In this document: positions 27,995-37,107 of the stretch, in pieces
Layout of the letters: every line of letters starts with the position of its first letter
How positions within the stretch are numbered: position 1 is the stretch's first letter
Assembly (NCBI GenBank): GCA_001820175.1
Contig: MHOT01000012.1
Span: 124 to 64,123, forward strand
Reading direction: 5' to 3'
Source of the DNA: Candidatus Staskawiczbacteria bacterium RIFCSPHIGHO2_02_FULL_42_22
Lineage (GTDB): Bacteria; Patescibacteriota; Minisyncoccia; Minisyncoccales; Staskawiczbacteraceae
DNA length: 64,000 bases
Program-made: the position numbers and the translations under genes
Notes under the pieces: generated by a model
Database searches by the model: none
Seen by the model: the letters and a program-made list of their open reading frames with translations, nothing else
What the model was told of the DNA's origin: nothing

Positions 27995-28306
27995 ACTACC
28001 GTCATTGCGAGGAGTCCCGATCGCAATCGTGGACGACGAAGCAATCTCGTCATTTTGTATGGAGATTAGACCTGTCCCTAAATAAGGTTTCGTACGAAAA
28101 TAACAGATTTTGAGCTAGAAATTTGATAGAATTTTTCGGCTTGCCCTCTGGGCCCGCCGAAAAATTATAGCAAATTTGTGGCCAAAAGGTGTTATTTGCA
28201 GTAAAACCTTATTTAGGGACAGGTCTATTACTTCGTCGTTGTGACTCCTCGCAATGACGGGGTGGCCAGATTGCTTCGGGCCTGCTGGCCCTTGCAATGA
28301 CAAAGT
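27995..28306. repeat. GC-rich element with a nested family-C element (copy 3, TA-flanked)
   Basis: ccgtcattgcgaggagtcccgatcgcaatcgtggacgacgaagcaatctcgtcattttgtatggagat-TA-[gacctgtccctaaataaggttt...aaaccttatttagggacaggtc]-TA-ttacttcgtcgttgtgactcctcgcaatgacgg. Confidence 0.65.
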
Positions 28307-28450
28307 GTGAGGGGTTACGACAAAAACAGCTCTGGAGTTGGAGGTCTTATATGGGCATGTCTTAGATTGGATAGTTTTGCTCCGGCTCAACTATTCCCTA
28401 AACACGCTTTTACTGGTATCCCAGATACCATGACCCCTCCAACTCCAGAG
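28300..28450. repeat. long hairpin (20-bp stem, ~100-nt loop)
   Basis: acagctctggagttggaggtc ... gacccctccaactccagagctgt. Confidence 0.45.
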
Positions 28451-28473
28451 CTGTTTTTTTTGTGTAAGAAAAT

Positions 28474-29061
28474 TTAATATTTGCCTCTTTCTTTTCCATC
28501 TTCATATTCAGCAACTAATTTGAGCATATAAGAAATAGTATCTAATATATCGGCATTTTTCTTGAGAGCATCTTTTTGCTCGGAGTCATAAAAATTTTCC
28601 AAATGATCTAGGTAAATTTTCGATTGCTGTTCGGGATCACCAGAAAGTAAGCGCGGGTGGCTTTTAAGTTCTTCTACGAATTTTTTAACCACTTCAGGTG
28701 AAAGTGTGCCGTATCTTTGTATACCATCTTCTATTAAGTTACGATATCCCTCAAGCCATTTTTTTACTTCAGGATTATTTTGACTTATTTTTTTAGCCTC
28801 AGTAGATATTTTATCCCATACCCCCCACAAAGCATCAGGGCTATGTTCACCATTTTTAATGGCACTTTCTGCTTGCCCTCGCATAACTAAGATGGGGTCG
28901 TCTACCATGGCCCAACCTTTTTCGCCATCATGTTTTCCTGGAGTGGTGGTTTTTACGGTTTTCAATATTGCTCCAAGTTTTCCCCTGGGAATTTCGTGGT
29001 AATTTGAAGGACCATATTCTTTTAAATAATGCTCGCGCTCTTGCAAAGAATCTTCTCTCAT
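28474..29061 (-). CDS. hypothetical protein
   Basis: 195-aa ORF with normal codon usage, no motif. Confidence 0.35.
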   Translation of the reverse strand: MREDSLQEREHYLKEYGPSNYHEIPRGKLGAILKTVKTTTPGKHDGEKGWAMVDDPILVMRGQAESAIKNGEHSPDALWGVWDKISTEAKKISQNNPEVKKWLEGYRNLIEDGIQRYGTLSPEVVKKFVEELKSHPRLLSGDPEQQSKIYLDHLENFYDSEQKDALKKNADILDTISYMLKLVAEYEDGKERGKY

Positions 29062-29162
29062 TTTTTTATTACTTCCTTATTTTATTCAGAAGTAATTTTA
29101 AAGATTTATTGATACTTGAAAATTGATAATTGGAAATTCCACTCCGCCCGCGGGCGGGGTGG

Positions 29163-30476
29163 CTACTCATCCGCCTCGACAACTCTCTTCACCTCCTCAA
29201 ACGTGGCATTTCCCAGCGCCACTTCAATAAGGCCTGATTGGTAAATGGTGATCATCCCCTTTTTAATGGATAATTCTTTAATGGCGGAAACCGGAGGATT
29301 GGTTAAAATAAAGCGTTCCATGTCTGAATCCACTAAAAACACTTCGTATAACCCCTTTCTTCCTTTGTAGCCCGAAAAATTACATGCCTTGCATCCTTTT
29401 TCGGCTACCGCGGCAATTTTTACTGCTTCCACATTTAGGTTAATAATTTCCTTGGGTACACCGTGGAGGCCTTTTTTTAATTCTTCGAGTTGCTCTGCAC
29501 TGGGGCTGGCCATTACCGAACATTCTTTGCATACTTTTCTTATGAGCCGTTGTCCCACCGCCATTTTAATGGCAGGCGCTATAGATGCCGTATCTATTCC
29601 CAAATCAACCAAGCGGGGAATCGTGCCAGCCGCATCGTTGGTGTGAATAGTGGATAATACTAGGTGGCCAGTCAGCGCCGCTTGCAAGGAAATTTTTGCG
29701 GTTTCCAAATCCCGGATTTCTCCCACTAAAATAACATCGGGATCCTGGCGGACAATTGAGCGCAGGCCATCGGAAAAATCGTACCCTTTTTCCGGAGCCA
29801 CTTGGGTTTGTGATATTCCTTTTAAATGATATTCAATAGGGTCTTCAATGGTGATGATTTTAATTTGCGGGTTTTGTATTTTCATTAGGAAAGCATATAG
29901 GGTGGTGGTTTTTCCGGCACCCGTCGGCCCGGTAATAATAATCATGCCATTGGGTTTTTGAATTTCTTTCAAAAAAATCTGATACAAATCATCTCGCAAC
30001 CCCAAGTCATCCAAGTTCTTTAAGTCCCTGGGGTTTAAAATCCTCATGACAATGGACTCTCCGTATTCGGCCGGCAAACTTGATGTTCTCACTTCCACCA
30101 ACATATCATCAATATTGATGGTAAAGCGGCCATCCTGGGGTTTATCGGTAATGTTTAACTTAATTTTTGATTCAAGTTTCAGGCGGCTTAACAGATGATG
30201 GTAAACAGGTTGCTCGAAAAAAGCCACGTCCTGCAGGACGCCGTCAATTCTAATGCGCAGGCGTATTTTTTCTTCTTCGGGTTCGAGGTGAATGTCAGAG
30301 GCCGTAAGTTGAATGGCTGCGCATAAAATAACGTCCAAAAGATTGGTGGTGTTTTGCTTTATATGTTCCTGGATTTCTTTTGTAAAATCGGCAATGTTTT
30401 GAACATTTTTTTTAATGTCTGCAACAATTTCGGGAATGATAGTTACTGACCCTAACAATTTTTTTGATGGCTCCAT
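29163..30476 (-). CDS. type II/IV secretion system ATPase (GspE/PilB family)
   Basis: Walker A IITGPTGAGKTTTLYAF, Asp box, Walker B ILVGEIRD, His box LVLSTIHTND, C-terminal tetracysteine CKEC...CKAC. Start trimmed to MEPSKK to avoid overlap with the upstream gene. Confidence 0.75.
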   Translation of the reverse strand: MEPSKKLLGSVTIIPEIVADIKKNVQNIADFTKEIQEHIKQNTTNLLDVILCAAIQLTASDIHLEPEEEKIRLRIRIDGVLQDVAFFEQPVYHHLLSRLKLESKIKLNITDKPQDGRFTINIDDMLVEVRTSSLPAEYGESIVMRILNPRDLKNLDDLGLRDDLYQIFLKEIQKPNGMIIITGPTGAGKTTTLYAFLMKIQNPQIKIITIEDPIEYHLKGISQTQVAPEKGYDFSDGLRSIVRQDPDVILVGEIRDLETAKISLQAALTGHLVLSTIHTNDAAGTIPRLVDLGIDTASIAPAIKMAVGQRLIRKVCKECSVMASPSAEQLEELKKGLHGVPKEIINLNVEAVKIAAVAEKGCKACNFSGYKGRKGLYEVFLVDSDMERFILTNPPVSAIKELSIKKGMITIYQSGLIEVALGNATFEEVKRVVEADE

Positions 30477-30480
30477 GTTT

Positions 30481-31572
30481 TTACAGTAGTAAAGAAAATA
30501 TTTTTTCTTTTGCATCTGCGATATTTGCCCCTGGAATGTGGAGCAAAATCCAGTCATGTTTCATGTCTCCCTGTTGGTGTTCTCGTATTTTTTCCATGAG
30601 TTCTTGTTTTTTTGAGTAAAAGAAGCCCTTGATGATCGGGTCAGAAGCGTGGCTTTTCCAAAGGACCAGTAAATCATCATAAATTCCCATGGTTTTTATT
30701 TTTTCAACCGATGCGGTAATTTGCTCTGGGCTCAAGTGCTCAAATGCCTGGGTGTCCAACATAGAAAGTGAAACATCGTGGTGGGGCGTTGTTTGAATAT
30801 TTTGGAAAATCTGACTTAAAAATACGGCCTCTTCTTTAGTGGTTTTATGAAGCTCCTTTGCAATGCGATGCTGTGAGGCCCCCTTTTTTATTAATTTAGC
30901 AGTAATTTCGAATATTTCGTGTCCTGTAGCAGGATGGTTAAAGTGATGATAATGAAGCATGATTCCTGCAAGTAAGCAGTTGGCCACGTTGGGGGTAAGC
31001 AGATTTTCATTTAGACCTTCTATGATTTCCATGCTTATTTGAGAAATTGATGCATGTTCCACCATATTTATGTTCCCGAATTTTTTATTATACCCGTCGC
31101 TTGAGCTGTCAATGTTGATGATTGGCGCATCTAAAATAAAGGCAAAGGAGTCCATCTTGCCAAGCTTATCTTGAAAATCCTTTATTCCAAGTGTGATAAC
31201 CAGGTCTGGTTTTGGTTCTGAAAAGTAAAAAGCAATGTTATCTTTTTTAATATTCCCTTTATCGATGGTTAAATGTATTTTTAAATTTTCTTCATTTTTT
31301 TCGTAATAGACCTGGGAAACATCGGCTTTTGCGCGCGGAATGGAAATGATAAAGTTTTTTGGACTGGAAATAAAATCTAATGACGGGATTAAAAAATGCA
31401 ATTTTTCAGGAAAAACGTCTATAATCAGGTTTACATTTTTTTGCAAGTCCTTTAGAGTATAAAAAAGGGCCAAAGCGTTTACTACGCCTTCGCCCTGATC
31501 ATCATCGGATGGAATAATGCAAATATTCTTTGCTTCACTAATAAGGTTTTTTGTTTCTTGAAGTAATTCCAT
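30481..31572 (-). CDS. DHH/DHHA1-like phosphoesterase family protein (motifs degenerate)
   Basis: Overall NrnA-like length and layout. Degenerate N-terminal motif IIPSDDDQGEG and C-terminal HPATGHEIF in place of GGGH. Confidence 0.35.
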   Translation of the reverse strand: MELLQETKNLISEAKNICIIPSDDDQGEGVVNALALFYTLKDLQKNVNLIIDVFPEKLHFLIPSLDFISSPKNFIISIPRAKADVSQVYYEKNEENLKIHLTIDKGNIKKDNIAFYFSEPKPDLVITLGIKDFQDKLGKMDSFAFILDAPIINIDSSSDGYNKKFGNINMVEHASISQISMEIIEGLNENLLTPNVANCLLAGIMLHYHHFNHPATGHEIFEITAKLIKKGASQHRIAKELHKTTKEEAVFLSQIFQNIQTTPHHDVSLSMLDTQAFEHLSPEQITASVEKIKTMGIYDDLLVLWKSHASDPIIKGFFYSKKQELMEKIREHQQGDMKHDWILLHIPGANIADAKEKIFSLLL

Positions 31573-31609
31573 AATAATTCAAGCTATATCATTTTAATAA
31601 ATAAATCAA

Positions 31610-32254
31610 GTGGAAAAAATAATTACTAAAACCTTTCGTCAAACCCAGGAAGTCGGCCAAAATTTCGCGGATGAAATTCTATCTTCTGATTCTCAAAAAA
31701 CGGCGGTGATTTTGGCGTTGAGGGGTGATTTGGGTGCCGGAAAAACCACGTTTTTGCAGGGCTTTGCAAAAGGCCTGGGAATTATTGAAGTGGTGAATAG
31801 TCCGACGTTTGTTATTATGAAGAAATTCAAAATCGCTGAATTGCGCGGAAATTTACCCTTCGGCCTCGCTCAGGGCGGGCGCGGAAGGGACGCGGAAACG
31901 AAACCGCGCGGCGGCCCCGCGGGGCCGCCCGCCCGCCCGTCATTGCGAGCCGTGCCCAGTGGGGCGCGGCGTGGTCCCGATGAATTTATCAAGATAAATT
32001 CATACGAGGATCCTCGATGGCAAAGCCATCGGGACAATCCAGCGTTTAAATTTTTCTACCACTTCGATTTATATCGCCTCGAAAGCGAAAAGGACTTGGA
32101 GTTTTTGAATTTCCAAGAAATAATTTCAAACCCAAAAAACATCATTGCCATCGAATGGCCGGAAAAAATCGGCAAATTATTGCCTAAAAATAGCATTTCA
32201 ATAATATTCAAACATTTAGAAGAAAATAAAAGAGAGTTGATAATTCATAGATAA
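31610..32254 (+). CDS. tsaE: tRNA threonylcarbamoyladenosine biosynthesis protein TsaE, carrying an in-frame repeat-element insertion
   Basis: Walker A ILALRGDLGAGKTTF; SPTFVIMKKF ... HFDLYRL motifs. About 55 extra codons lie between them (GLAQGGRGRDAETKPRGGPAGPPARPS...). Confidence 0.75.
   Translation: MEKIITKTFRQTQEVGQNFADEILSSDSQKTAVILALRGDLGAGKTTFLQGFAKGLGIIEVVNSPTFVIMKKFKIAELRGNLPFGLAQGGRGRDAETKPRGGPAGPPARPSLRAVPSGARRGPDEFIKINSYEDPRWQSHRDNPAFKFFYHFDLYRLESEKDLEFLNFQEIISNPKNIIAIEWPEKIGKLLPKNSISIIFKHLEENKRELIIHR
31855..32042. repeat. GC-rich palindromic element inserted in frame within tsaE
   Basis: gcccgcccgtcattgcgagccgtgcccagtggggcgcgg ... ggtcccgatg...gaggatcctcgatggcaaagccatcgggacaatcc. 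Same sub-motifs as copies at 18895 and 38755. Confidence 0.65.
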
Positions 32255-32317
32255 TGTTTTATCTATAAGTGTAGTACATTTCATGGGCATTGTTGGAGGG
32301 AGTCAATCATGAGCACT

Positions 32318-32497
32318 ATGGACATCACATCCAGAAACCGCACTTAAGTTGCCGACGGTTTGGCAATCTTGGGCGGCTTGGAGCAAAAAATTTGTGAGGC
32401 CTAGCCGTAGCTACGCCGAACAAATTTTTTGTGAAAACTGCCCAAGATTGGCAAACCCGTCAAGACTTGGAGTGCGGTTTCTGGATGTGATGTCCAT
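32318..32497. repeat. family-B MITE-like element, copy 2 (opposite internal orientation to copy 1)
   Basis: atggacatcacatccagaaaccgcact...agtgcggtttctggatgtgatgtccat; TA flanks. Confidence 0.7.
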
Positions 32498-32698
32498 ATG
32501 TATGACAAGGGTATGGGAAATTTTTTAGGAAATGCAAGAATGCAGAAAGGAGATTCCGTAGAAGATGTGAGAGTAAGATCTGGTTATTCTAGTAGGATAA
32601 CCATAAGTGGGATTGAAGCAGGAAAATATGGAATTTCCGCAAAAAATATAAAAAGAATTGTTGCTGCGTACCGACTAACGCCCGCTGAATTGCAGTAA
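32498..32698 (+). CDS. small XRE-type helix-turn-helix protein (tentative)
   Basis: ITISGIEAGKYGISAKNIKRIVAAYRLTPAEL resembles an HTH_XRE helix-turn-helix. The start codon lies at the edge of the family-B repeat. Confidence 0.3.
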   Translation: MYDKGMGNFLGNARMQKGDSVEDVRVRSGYSSRITISGIEAGKYGISAKNIKRIVAAYRLTPAELQ

Positions 32699-33036
32699 TT
32701 CAGCAATTTAGTAGAAATATACCGCCAAAAGCAAACCAAACACATAAGTGAGTATGGTAAAAAATAATTCTATCCATGGAATCGTATATTCTTCGGGAAT
32801 GGAGAAAGTTGCCCCTGGAGTCCCAACAAAAATTGTTTAAAATTATGAATGCCACGGAACATTTTTAGTTCCCGGGAAAATATTGGCTGTTGCTTGTGTA
32901 ACAGCTTTTTTATTTACGAGAATGGCAGAGCGATAATACGGAAAATATAATATCGATAACATTCGAATACTTTAAGGAAAATAAAAGAGGAGTAAAAAAT
33001 TTGACTTTTTAATTAATAGAATGTTATCAATAGAGT

Positions 33037-33249
33037 ATGGCTAATAAAAATATCATTCTATCAACATCAACGATAAACAAGCAAAATGGCGTGGTAGTTT
33101 TGTCTTTGAAAAAATGGCAAAAAATGGAAAAAGAATTTTTGGAATTAAAAGATGCGATGGAGGCAGTTATTGAGGGGGAGATAGCTTTGCGTGAAGGTAA
33201 AACGAGGTCATTTAAGGAGTTTTTAGCTGAACTACATGCCAAGAATTAA
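33037..33249 (+). CDS. type II antitoxin (Phd/YefM- or RelB-like, tentative)
   Basis: 70 aa. Overlaps the downstream RelE/ParE-like gene by 14 nt. Confidence 0.4.
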   Translation: MANKNIILSTSTINKQNGVVVLSLKKWQKMEKEFLELKDAMEAVIEGEIALREGKTRSFKEFLAELHAKN

Positions 33250-33508
33250 TAAATCTTCCACTACTCCGCGTTTCGAAAAAAGCTTTAGGAATCTTTCTGG
33301 AGAAATTCGCAAATCAGCCGAGAAAAAAATAGTGCTTTTTGAAAGTGAATTTTTACATCCAAGTTTAAAAACACACAAATTGAAAGGCCCGTTGTCAAAT
33401 TTTTGGGCTTTTTCTATCACAAAAAGTTATAGAGTTTTGTTTAGATTTTTAAAGAGTAATGAAGTTATTTACTATGACATTGATACCCATGACATATATA
33501 AAAAATAG
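33236..33508 (+). CDS. RelE/ParE-family toxin
   Basis: 90 aa. ...FESEFLHPSLKTHKLKGPLSNFWAFSITKSYRVLFRF...VIYYDIDTHD pattern of RelE/ParE fold toxins. Confidence 0.5.
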   Translation: MPRINKSSTTPRFEKSFRNLSGEIRKSAEKKIVLFESEFLHPSLKTHKLKGPLSNFWAFSITKSYRVLFRFLKSNEVIYYDIDTHDIYKK

Positions 33509-33642
33509 ATGATTACCCAAAAATACCGCTTTAATAATTTAGAAGACAACAAAAGAGAAATCACGATAGAATACCGACTACCAAATAAGGTGGTGGTGGG
33601 GGCGATATTAAGACAGTAATTAAAAAAGGTCGATTTTTTGTA

Positions 33643-33870
33643 ATGTTTGAAATAAAAAATAAAAATATGACAGAGTCAAATTTTATACCAGAAGATAAAT
33701 ATCCATTAGTCGGAGAGAATATTAATGATGAAAATAAAAAATTAAGAGACGACGAAAATTTTAAAAAAATTTTCCATGAAATTGATTGGGAAAGTGTAGG
33801 GGAAGATGTGTTAAGAGAGTTTGCAGAAGTATTAAAAAAAGAAGAAGAAAGAAGGGGAAAAAAGTTTTAA
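33643..33870 (+). CDS. hypothetical small charged protein
   Basis: 75-aa ORF. Confidence 0.25.
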   Translation: MFEIKNKNMTESNFIPEDKYPLVGENINDENKKLRDDENFKKIFHEIDWESVGEDVLREFAEVLKKEEERRGKKF

Positions 33871-33959
33871 AAAATAATTAGAAAAATACAAGATTCTTAA
33901 TTTCTTGTATTTTTTTTGCAAAATTTTTAAAAGTTTTGTAAAAATGTTAAAATACTTAC

Positions 33960-34844
33960 ATGGAAAATGAAAAACGGTTAATCATTATTGATTCTTCTTC
34001 ATTATTATATCGCGCGTTTCATGCCCTGCCTCCGCTGACCAATTCCAAGGGCCAGCCAACCGGTGCTGTATATGGGTTTTTACTGATTTTATTTAAAGCC
34101 ATTAAAGATGTGCAAGCTAATTACGTGGTGGCTTGTTTTGATACTAAAAAGCCAACGTTTCGCCACGAGCAGTTTGTCGATTATAAAGCCCATAGGGCGC
34201 CGACTCCCGATGGCATTATTTCCCAATTTCCAGTGATTAAAGAAGTATTGGGAGCCATGAATATCCCCTTGTTTGAAAAAGAGGGTTTTGAAGCCGATGA
34301 CTTGATTGCTACGATTGCTAAAAAATACGCCGATAGCGCCAAGGTTTTTATTGTTAGTGGCGATTTGGATAATTTGCAACTGGTAGATGAAAATATTCAA
34401 GTATATACACCGGGAAAAAGTATCAAAGAAACCATATTGTACGATAAAGCAAGGGTAGTTGAGCGGTTTGGAGTAACTCCCGAGCAAATGAATGATTTTA
34501 AGGCATTAACGGGAGATAATTCCGATAATGTGCCGGGGGTTCCGGGTATTGGAAAAACCACGGCGGCCGATTTAATTCAACGTTTCGGCAGTATTAAAAA
34601 TTTGTACGATGAATTATCAACCGATACCGCGATATTGAAGCCAAAAGTAAAAGAGGCCTTAAAAGCCAATAAGGAAAAAGCTTTTTTATCATTAAAATTA
34701 GTTGAAACGGTCAAGGATATGGAAATTAATTTTAATATTGAGGTATGTAAATTTGGTAATTTCGACCAGCAAAAACTGGCAGCCATTTTTAAGGAACTCA
34801 ATTTTACCACCATGATGGATAAAGTGTCTTCTATTGTTTTTTGA
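33960..34844 (+). CDS. 5'-3' exonuclease (PolA N-terminal/FEN-like domain, stand-alone)
   Basis: LIIIDSSSLLYRAFHALP, GFEADDLIATIAKK, helix-hairpin-helix GIPGIGKTTAADLI. Confidence 0.85.
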   Translation: MENEKRLIIIDSSSLLYRAFHALPPLTNSKGQPTGAVYGFLLILFKAIKDVQANYVVACFDTKKPTFRHEQFVDYKAHRAPTPDGIISQFPVIKEVLGAMNIPLFEKEGFEADDLIATIAKKYADSAKVFIVSGDLDNLQLVDENIQVYTPGKSIKETILYDKARVVERFGVTPEQMNDFKALTGDNSDNVPGVPGIGKTTAADLIQRFGSIKNLYDELSTDTAILKPKVKEALKANKEKAFLSLKLVETVKDMEINFNIEVCKFGNFDQQKLAAIFKELNFTTMMDKVSSIVF

Positions 34845-34865
34845 TTTAGTGTAAAATGAATTCAA

Positions 34866-34954
34866 TGCGATGCTAATATACTAATTCATGCTAATAATAC
34901 CAATGCGAAAACGTAATTCGTATCATTAGTATGCATTCGCATATTGGCATCGCA
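34866..34954. repeat. family-D hairpin element, copy 1
   Basis: gcgatgctaatatactaattcatgctaat...attagtatgcattcgcatattggcatcgc; second copy at 61170..61275. Confidence 0.6.
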
Positions 34955-34963
34955 TCCACAAAC

Positions 34964-35566
34964 ATGCCAACTCTTTCTTTCAAAATCGCCTATCCTATAA
35001 TTATCGCCGGTTTTTTTATTATGGTTTCATTTATTGCTTTAAACTATAATAATTTAAATACTAGTTTTTATATCGTCTTTGCATTTCTTGCGGTGTATGT
35101 ATTTTTGTTCGGGTTTGCTATAGGGCAAAATTTTACCGCTCCCGTAAAAAAATTATTGAAACGCGCCAATGATTTAAGTGACGGCGACCTAAAAAGCCGG
35201 TTTTATTCAGAAAGCAAAGATGAATTAGGCCAATTGGCTAACACCTTCAATAGAATCGCCGATCAATTAGAGGAAAGTAATTCTGAAAATGAAAAAACCA
35301 AAAAATCCGTTGGCATTAAGGTTGAAGCGGAAACCCAATCATTGCGGGAGGTAATAAATGCCTTGGAGCAAAAGGTGCAAAACCGCACATTAGAACTTCA
35401 AAAAATCGCCGGGGACTTTGAAAAATTCAAGCAAAGTACCATGGCCCATGAATCAGAATTAACAGAATTAAAAAACCAAGTATCGGAATTAAAAGAGGCC
35501 TCAAGAAAGCGCGTTCCCAAAAAAGAAGAAATAGAAACACAAATAGAAAACAAACAAGAAGCATAG
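34964..35566 (+). CDS. membrane-anchored HAMP-domain coiled-coil protein
   Basis: Two TM helices, then HAMP-like PVKKLLKRANDLSDGDLKSRFYSESKDELGQLANTFNRIADQL, then coiled coil. Start moved to MPTLSF; upstream codons belong to the family-D repeat. Confidence 0.45.
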   Translation: MPTLSFKIAYPIIIAGFFIMVSFIALNYNNLNTSFYIVFAFLAVYVFLFGFAIGQNFTAPVKKLLKRANDLSDGDLKSRFYSESKDELGQLANTFNRIADQLEESNSENEKTKKSVGIKVEAETQSLREVINALEQKVQNRTLELQKIAGDFEKFKQSTMAHESELTELKNQVSELKEASRKRVPKKEEIETQIENKQEA

Positions 35567-35570
35567 TGGT

Positions 35571-36446
35571 ATGCCAGAATTACCCGAAGTAGAAACAACC
35601 ATTAGGGGTTTGCATTCAAAGGTCCTCAAAAGGACCTTTGTTGATGTGTGGTCGGATTGGAAAAAGACCGTTAAAAAACCGAAGGATTTCGAACTGTTTA
35701 AAAAAGAACTGCAGGGCAAAAAAATTATAAGGGTTTGGCGCAAGGCAAAAAATGTCATTTTTGATTTGTCTAAAGGGTATTCTTTACTGATTCACATGAA
35801 AATGACGGGTCACTTGATGGTGGGAAAATGGCATTTGGAGCATGGCAAGTGGCAGCCCGATAAAAAAGGGCCATTGGAAGAAAAGATAAACATGTTTATC
35901 CATATGCTTTTTACCATGGACGATGGGCAGATGATTGCCTTGTCTGATCTGCGTAAATTTGCCAAGGTGGAATTATGGAAAACAGAAGAATTATTAAATT
36001 CTAAAGAATTTTTGGGCTTGGGACCCGAGCCCATGGAAAAAAGTTTTACATTAGCTAAATTTAAACAAGCATTAAAAGGTAAAAGAGGAAAGATAAAGCA
36101 AGTTATCATGGTGCCGGAAGTTATCGCGGGTATTGGTAATATTTATTCCAGCGAGGCCTTGTGGTGGGCGCGCATTCACCCAAAAAAAGATGTTTCAAAA
36201 TTAACCGATACAGAATTGGCATTATTGTATAAAGCAATTAAAAAGGTATTGGCGGCGGGAATTAAATTGGGAGGCGAAAGTTTTGCCGATTATCGGGATA
36301 TTGACGGTAAAAAGGGACACTTTGACAAGGAGCGCAGGGTATACAAACGAGAAAAACAACCCTGTTTTCGATGCAGAACACCCATTTTGCGCCTCAAATT
36401 CGGCGGCCGCAGCGCCTTCTTTTGCCCCACATGCCAAGTATTATAA
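35571..36446 (+). CDS. mutM: formamidopyrimidine-DNA glycosylase
   Basis: N-terminal MPELPEVET, H2TH region, C-terminal zinc finger CFRCRTPILRLKFGGRSAFFCPTCQ. Confidence 0.9.
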   Translation: MPELPEVETTIRGLHSKVLKRTFVDVWSDWKKTVKKPKDFELFKKELQGKKIIRVWRKAKNVIFDLSKGYSLLIHMKMTGHLMVGKWHLEHGKWQPDKKGPLEEKINMFIHMLFTMDDGQMIALSDLRKFAKVELWKTEELLNSKEFLGLGPEPMEKSFTLAKFKQALKGKRGKIKQVIMVPEVIAGIGNIYSSEALWWARIHPKKDVSKLTDTELALLYKAIKKVLAAGIKLGGESFADYRDIDGKKGHFDKERRVYKREKQPCFRCRTPILRLKFGGRSAFFCPTCQVL

Positions 36447-36461
36447 TCTGAAGGGGATATG

Positions 36462-36500
36462 TTAGTATACTCTAAATTCCGAAGCTTCGGAATTTAGAGT
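36462..36500. promoter_or_regulatory. 38-bp perfect palindrome upstream of PaaX-like gene
   Basis: tatactctaaattccgaagcttcggaatttagagtata. Confidence 0.5.
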
Positions 36501-36514
36501 ATAATAAGGTTTAT

Positions 36515-37045
36515 ATGAAATTATCACTGACAGATAAATTTTTATGGGATCTTTATGTTGTCCTTGAAAAAACAGGGGATATTACGGCTTTTATATTAAA
36601 TCCTCATTCGTCAAAATGGAATTCTTTATGGCAGCTAAACAATCCTGTTTTTGAAAAATATAAACACGATAAAAATAGGGCAAAATTCAGTAAATTAATA
36701 TATTACCTTAAAAGAAATAATTATATAAAAGTCGCAAGTTTGAATAATGTGAGGGGTGTTGTGCTTACAAAAGAGGGGTTGGGTAAAATATTGAAGGCAA
36801 GTTTTAAAATTGAAAAGAAAAATAAAAGAAAAGATGGTAAATGGGTAATGCTGATTTTTGATATTCCTCAAAAATACAAGAAATCAAGAGAACTATTGAG
36901 GGGTGTATTGCACAACTTAGGATATAAATTACTGCAACAGAGCGTTTGGGTAACCCCATATGATGTTTCAGAAAAAACAGAGAAATTATTACAATTTTAT
37001 TCGTTGGATAATTTTGTAAAATTATTTTTAATAGAAGAAATGTAG
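36515..37045 (+). CDS. PaaX-like transcriptional regulator (wHTH plus Cas2-fold PaaX_C domain)
   Basis: C-terminal KWVMLIFDIPQKYKKSRELLRGVLHNLGYKLLQQSVWVTPYDV matches the PaaX_C pattern W..L.YDIPE..R..R..L...GF..LQ.SVWV.P. Confidence 0.5.
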   Translation: MKLSLTDKFLWDLYVVLEKTGDITAFILNPHSSKWNSLWQLNNPVFEKYKHDKNRAKFSKLIYYLKRNNYIKVASLNNVRGVVLTKEGLGKILKASFKIEKKNKRKDGKWVMLIFDIPQKYKKSRELLRGVLHNLGYKLLQQSVWVTPYDVSEKTEKLLQFYSLDNFVKLFLIEEM

Positions 37046-37082
37046 TATACTCTAAATTCCGAAGCTTCGGGATTTAGAGTAT
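37044..37082. promoter_or_regulatory. second copy of the 38-bp palindrome (1 mismatch) downstream of PaaX-like gene
   Basis: tatactctaaattccgaagcttcgggatttagagtata. Confidence 0.5.
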
Positions 37083-37107
37083 AAAAATATTATGATAAAA
37101 TGATGTT

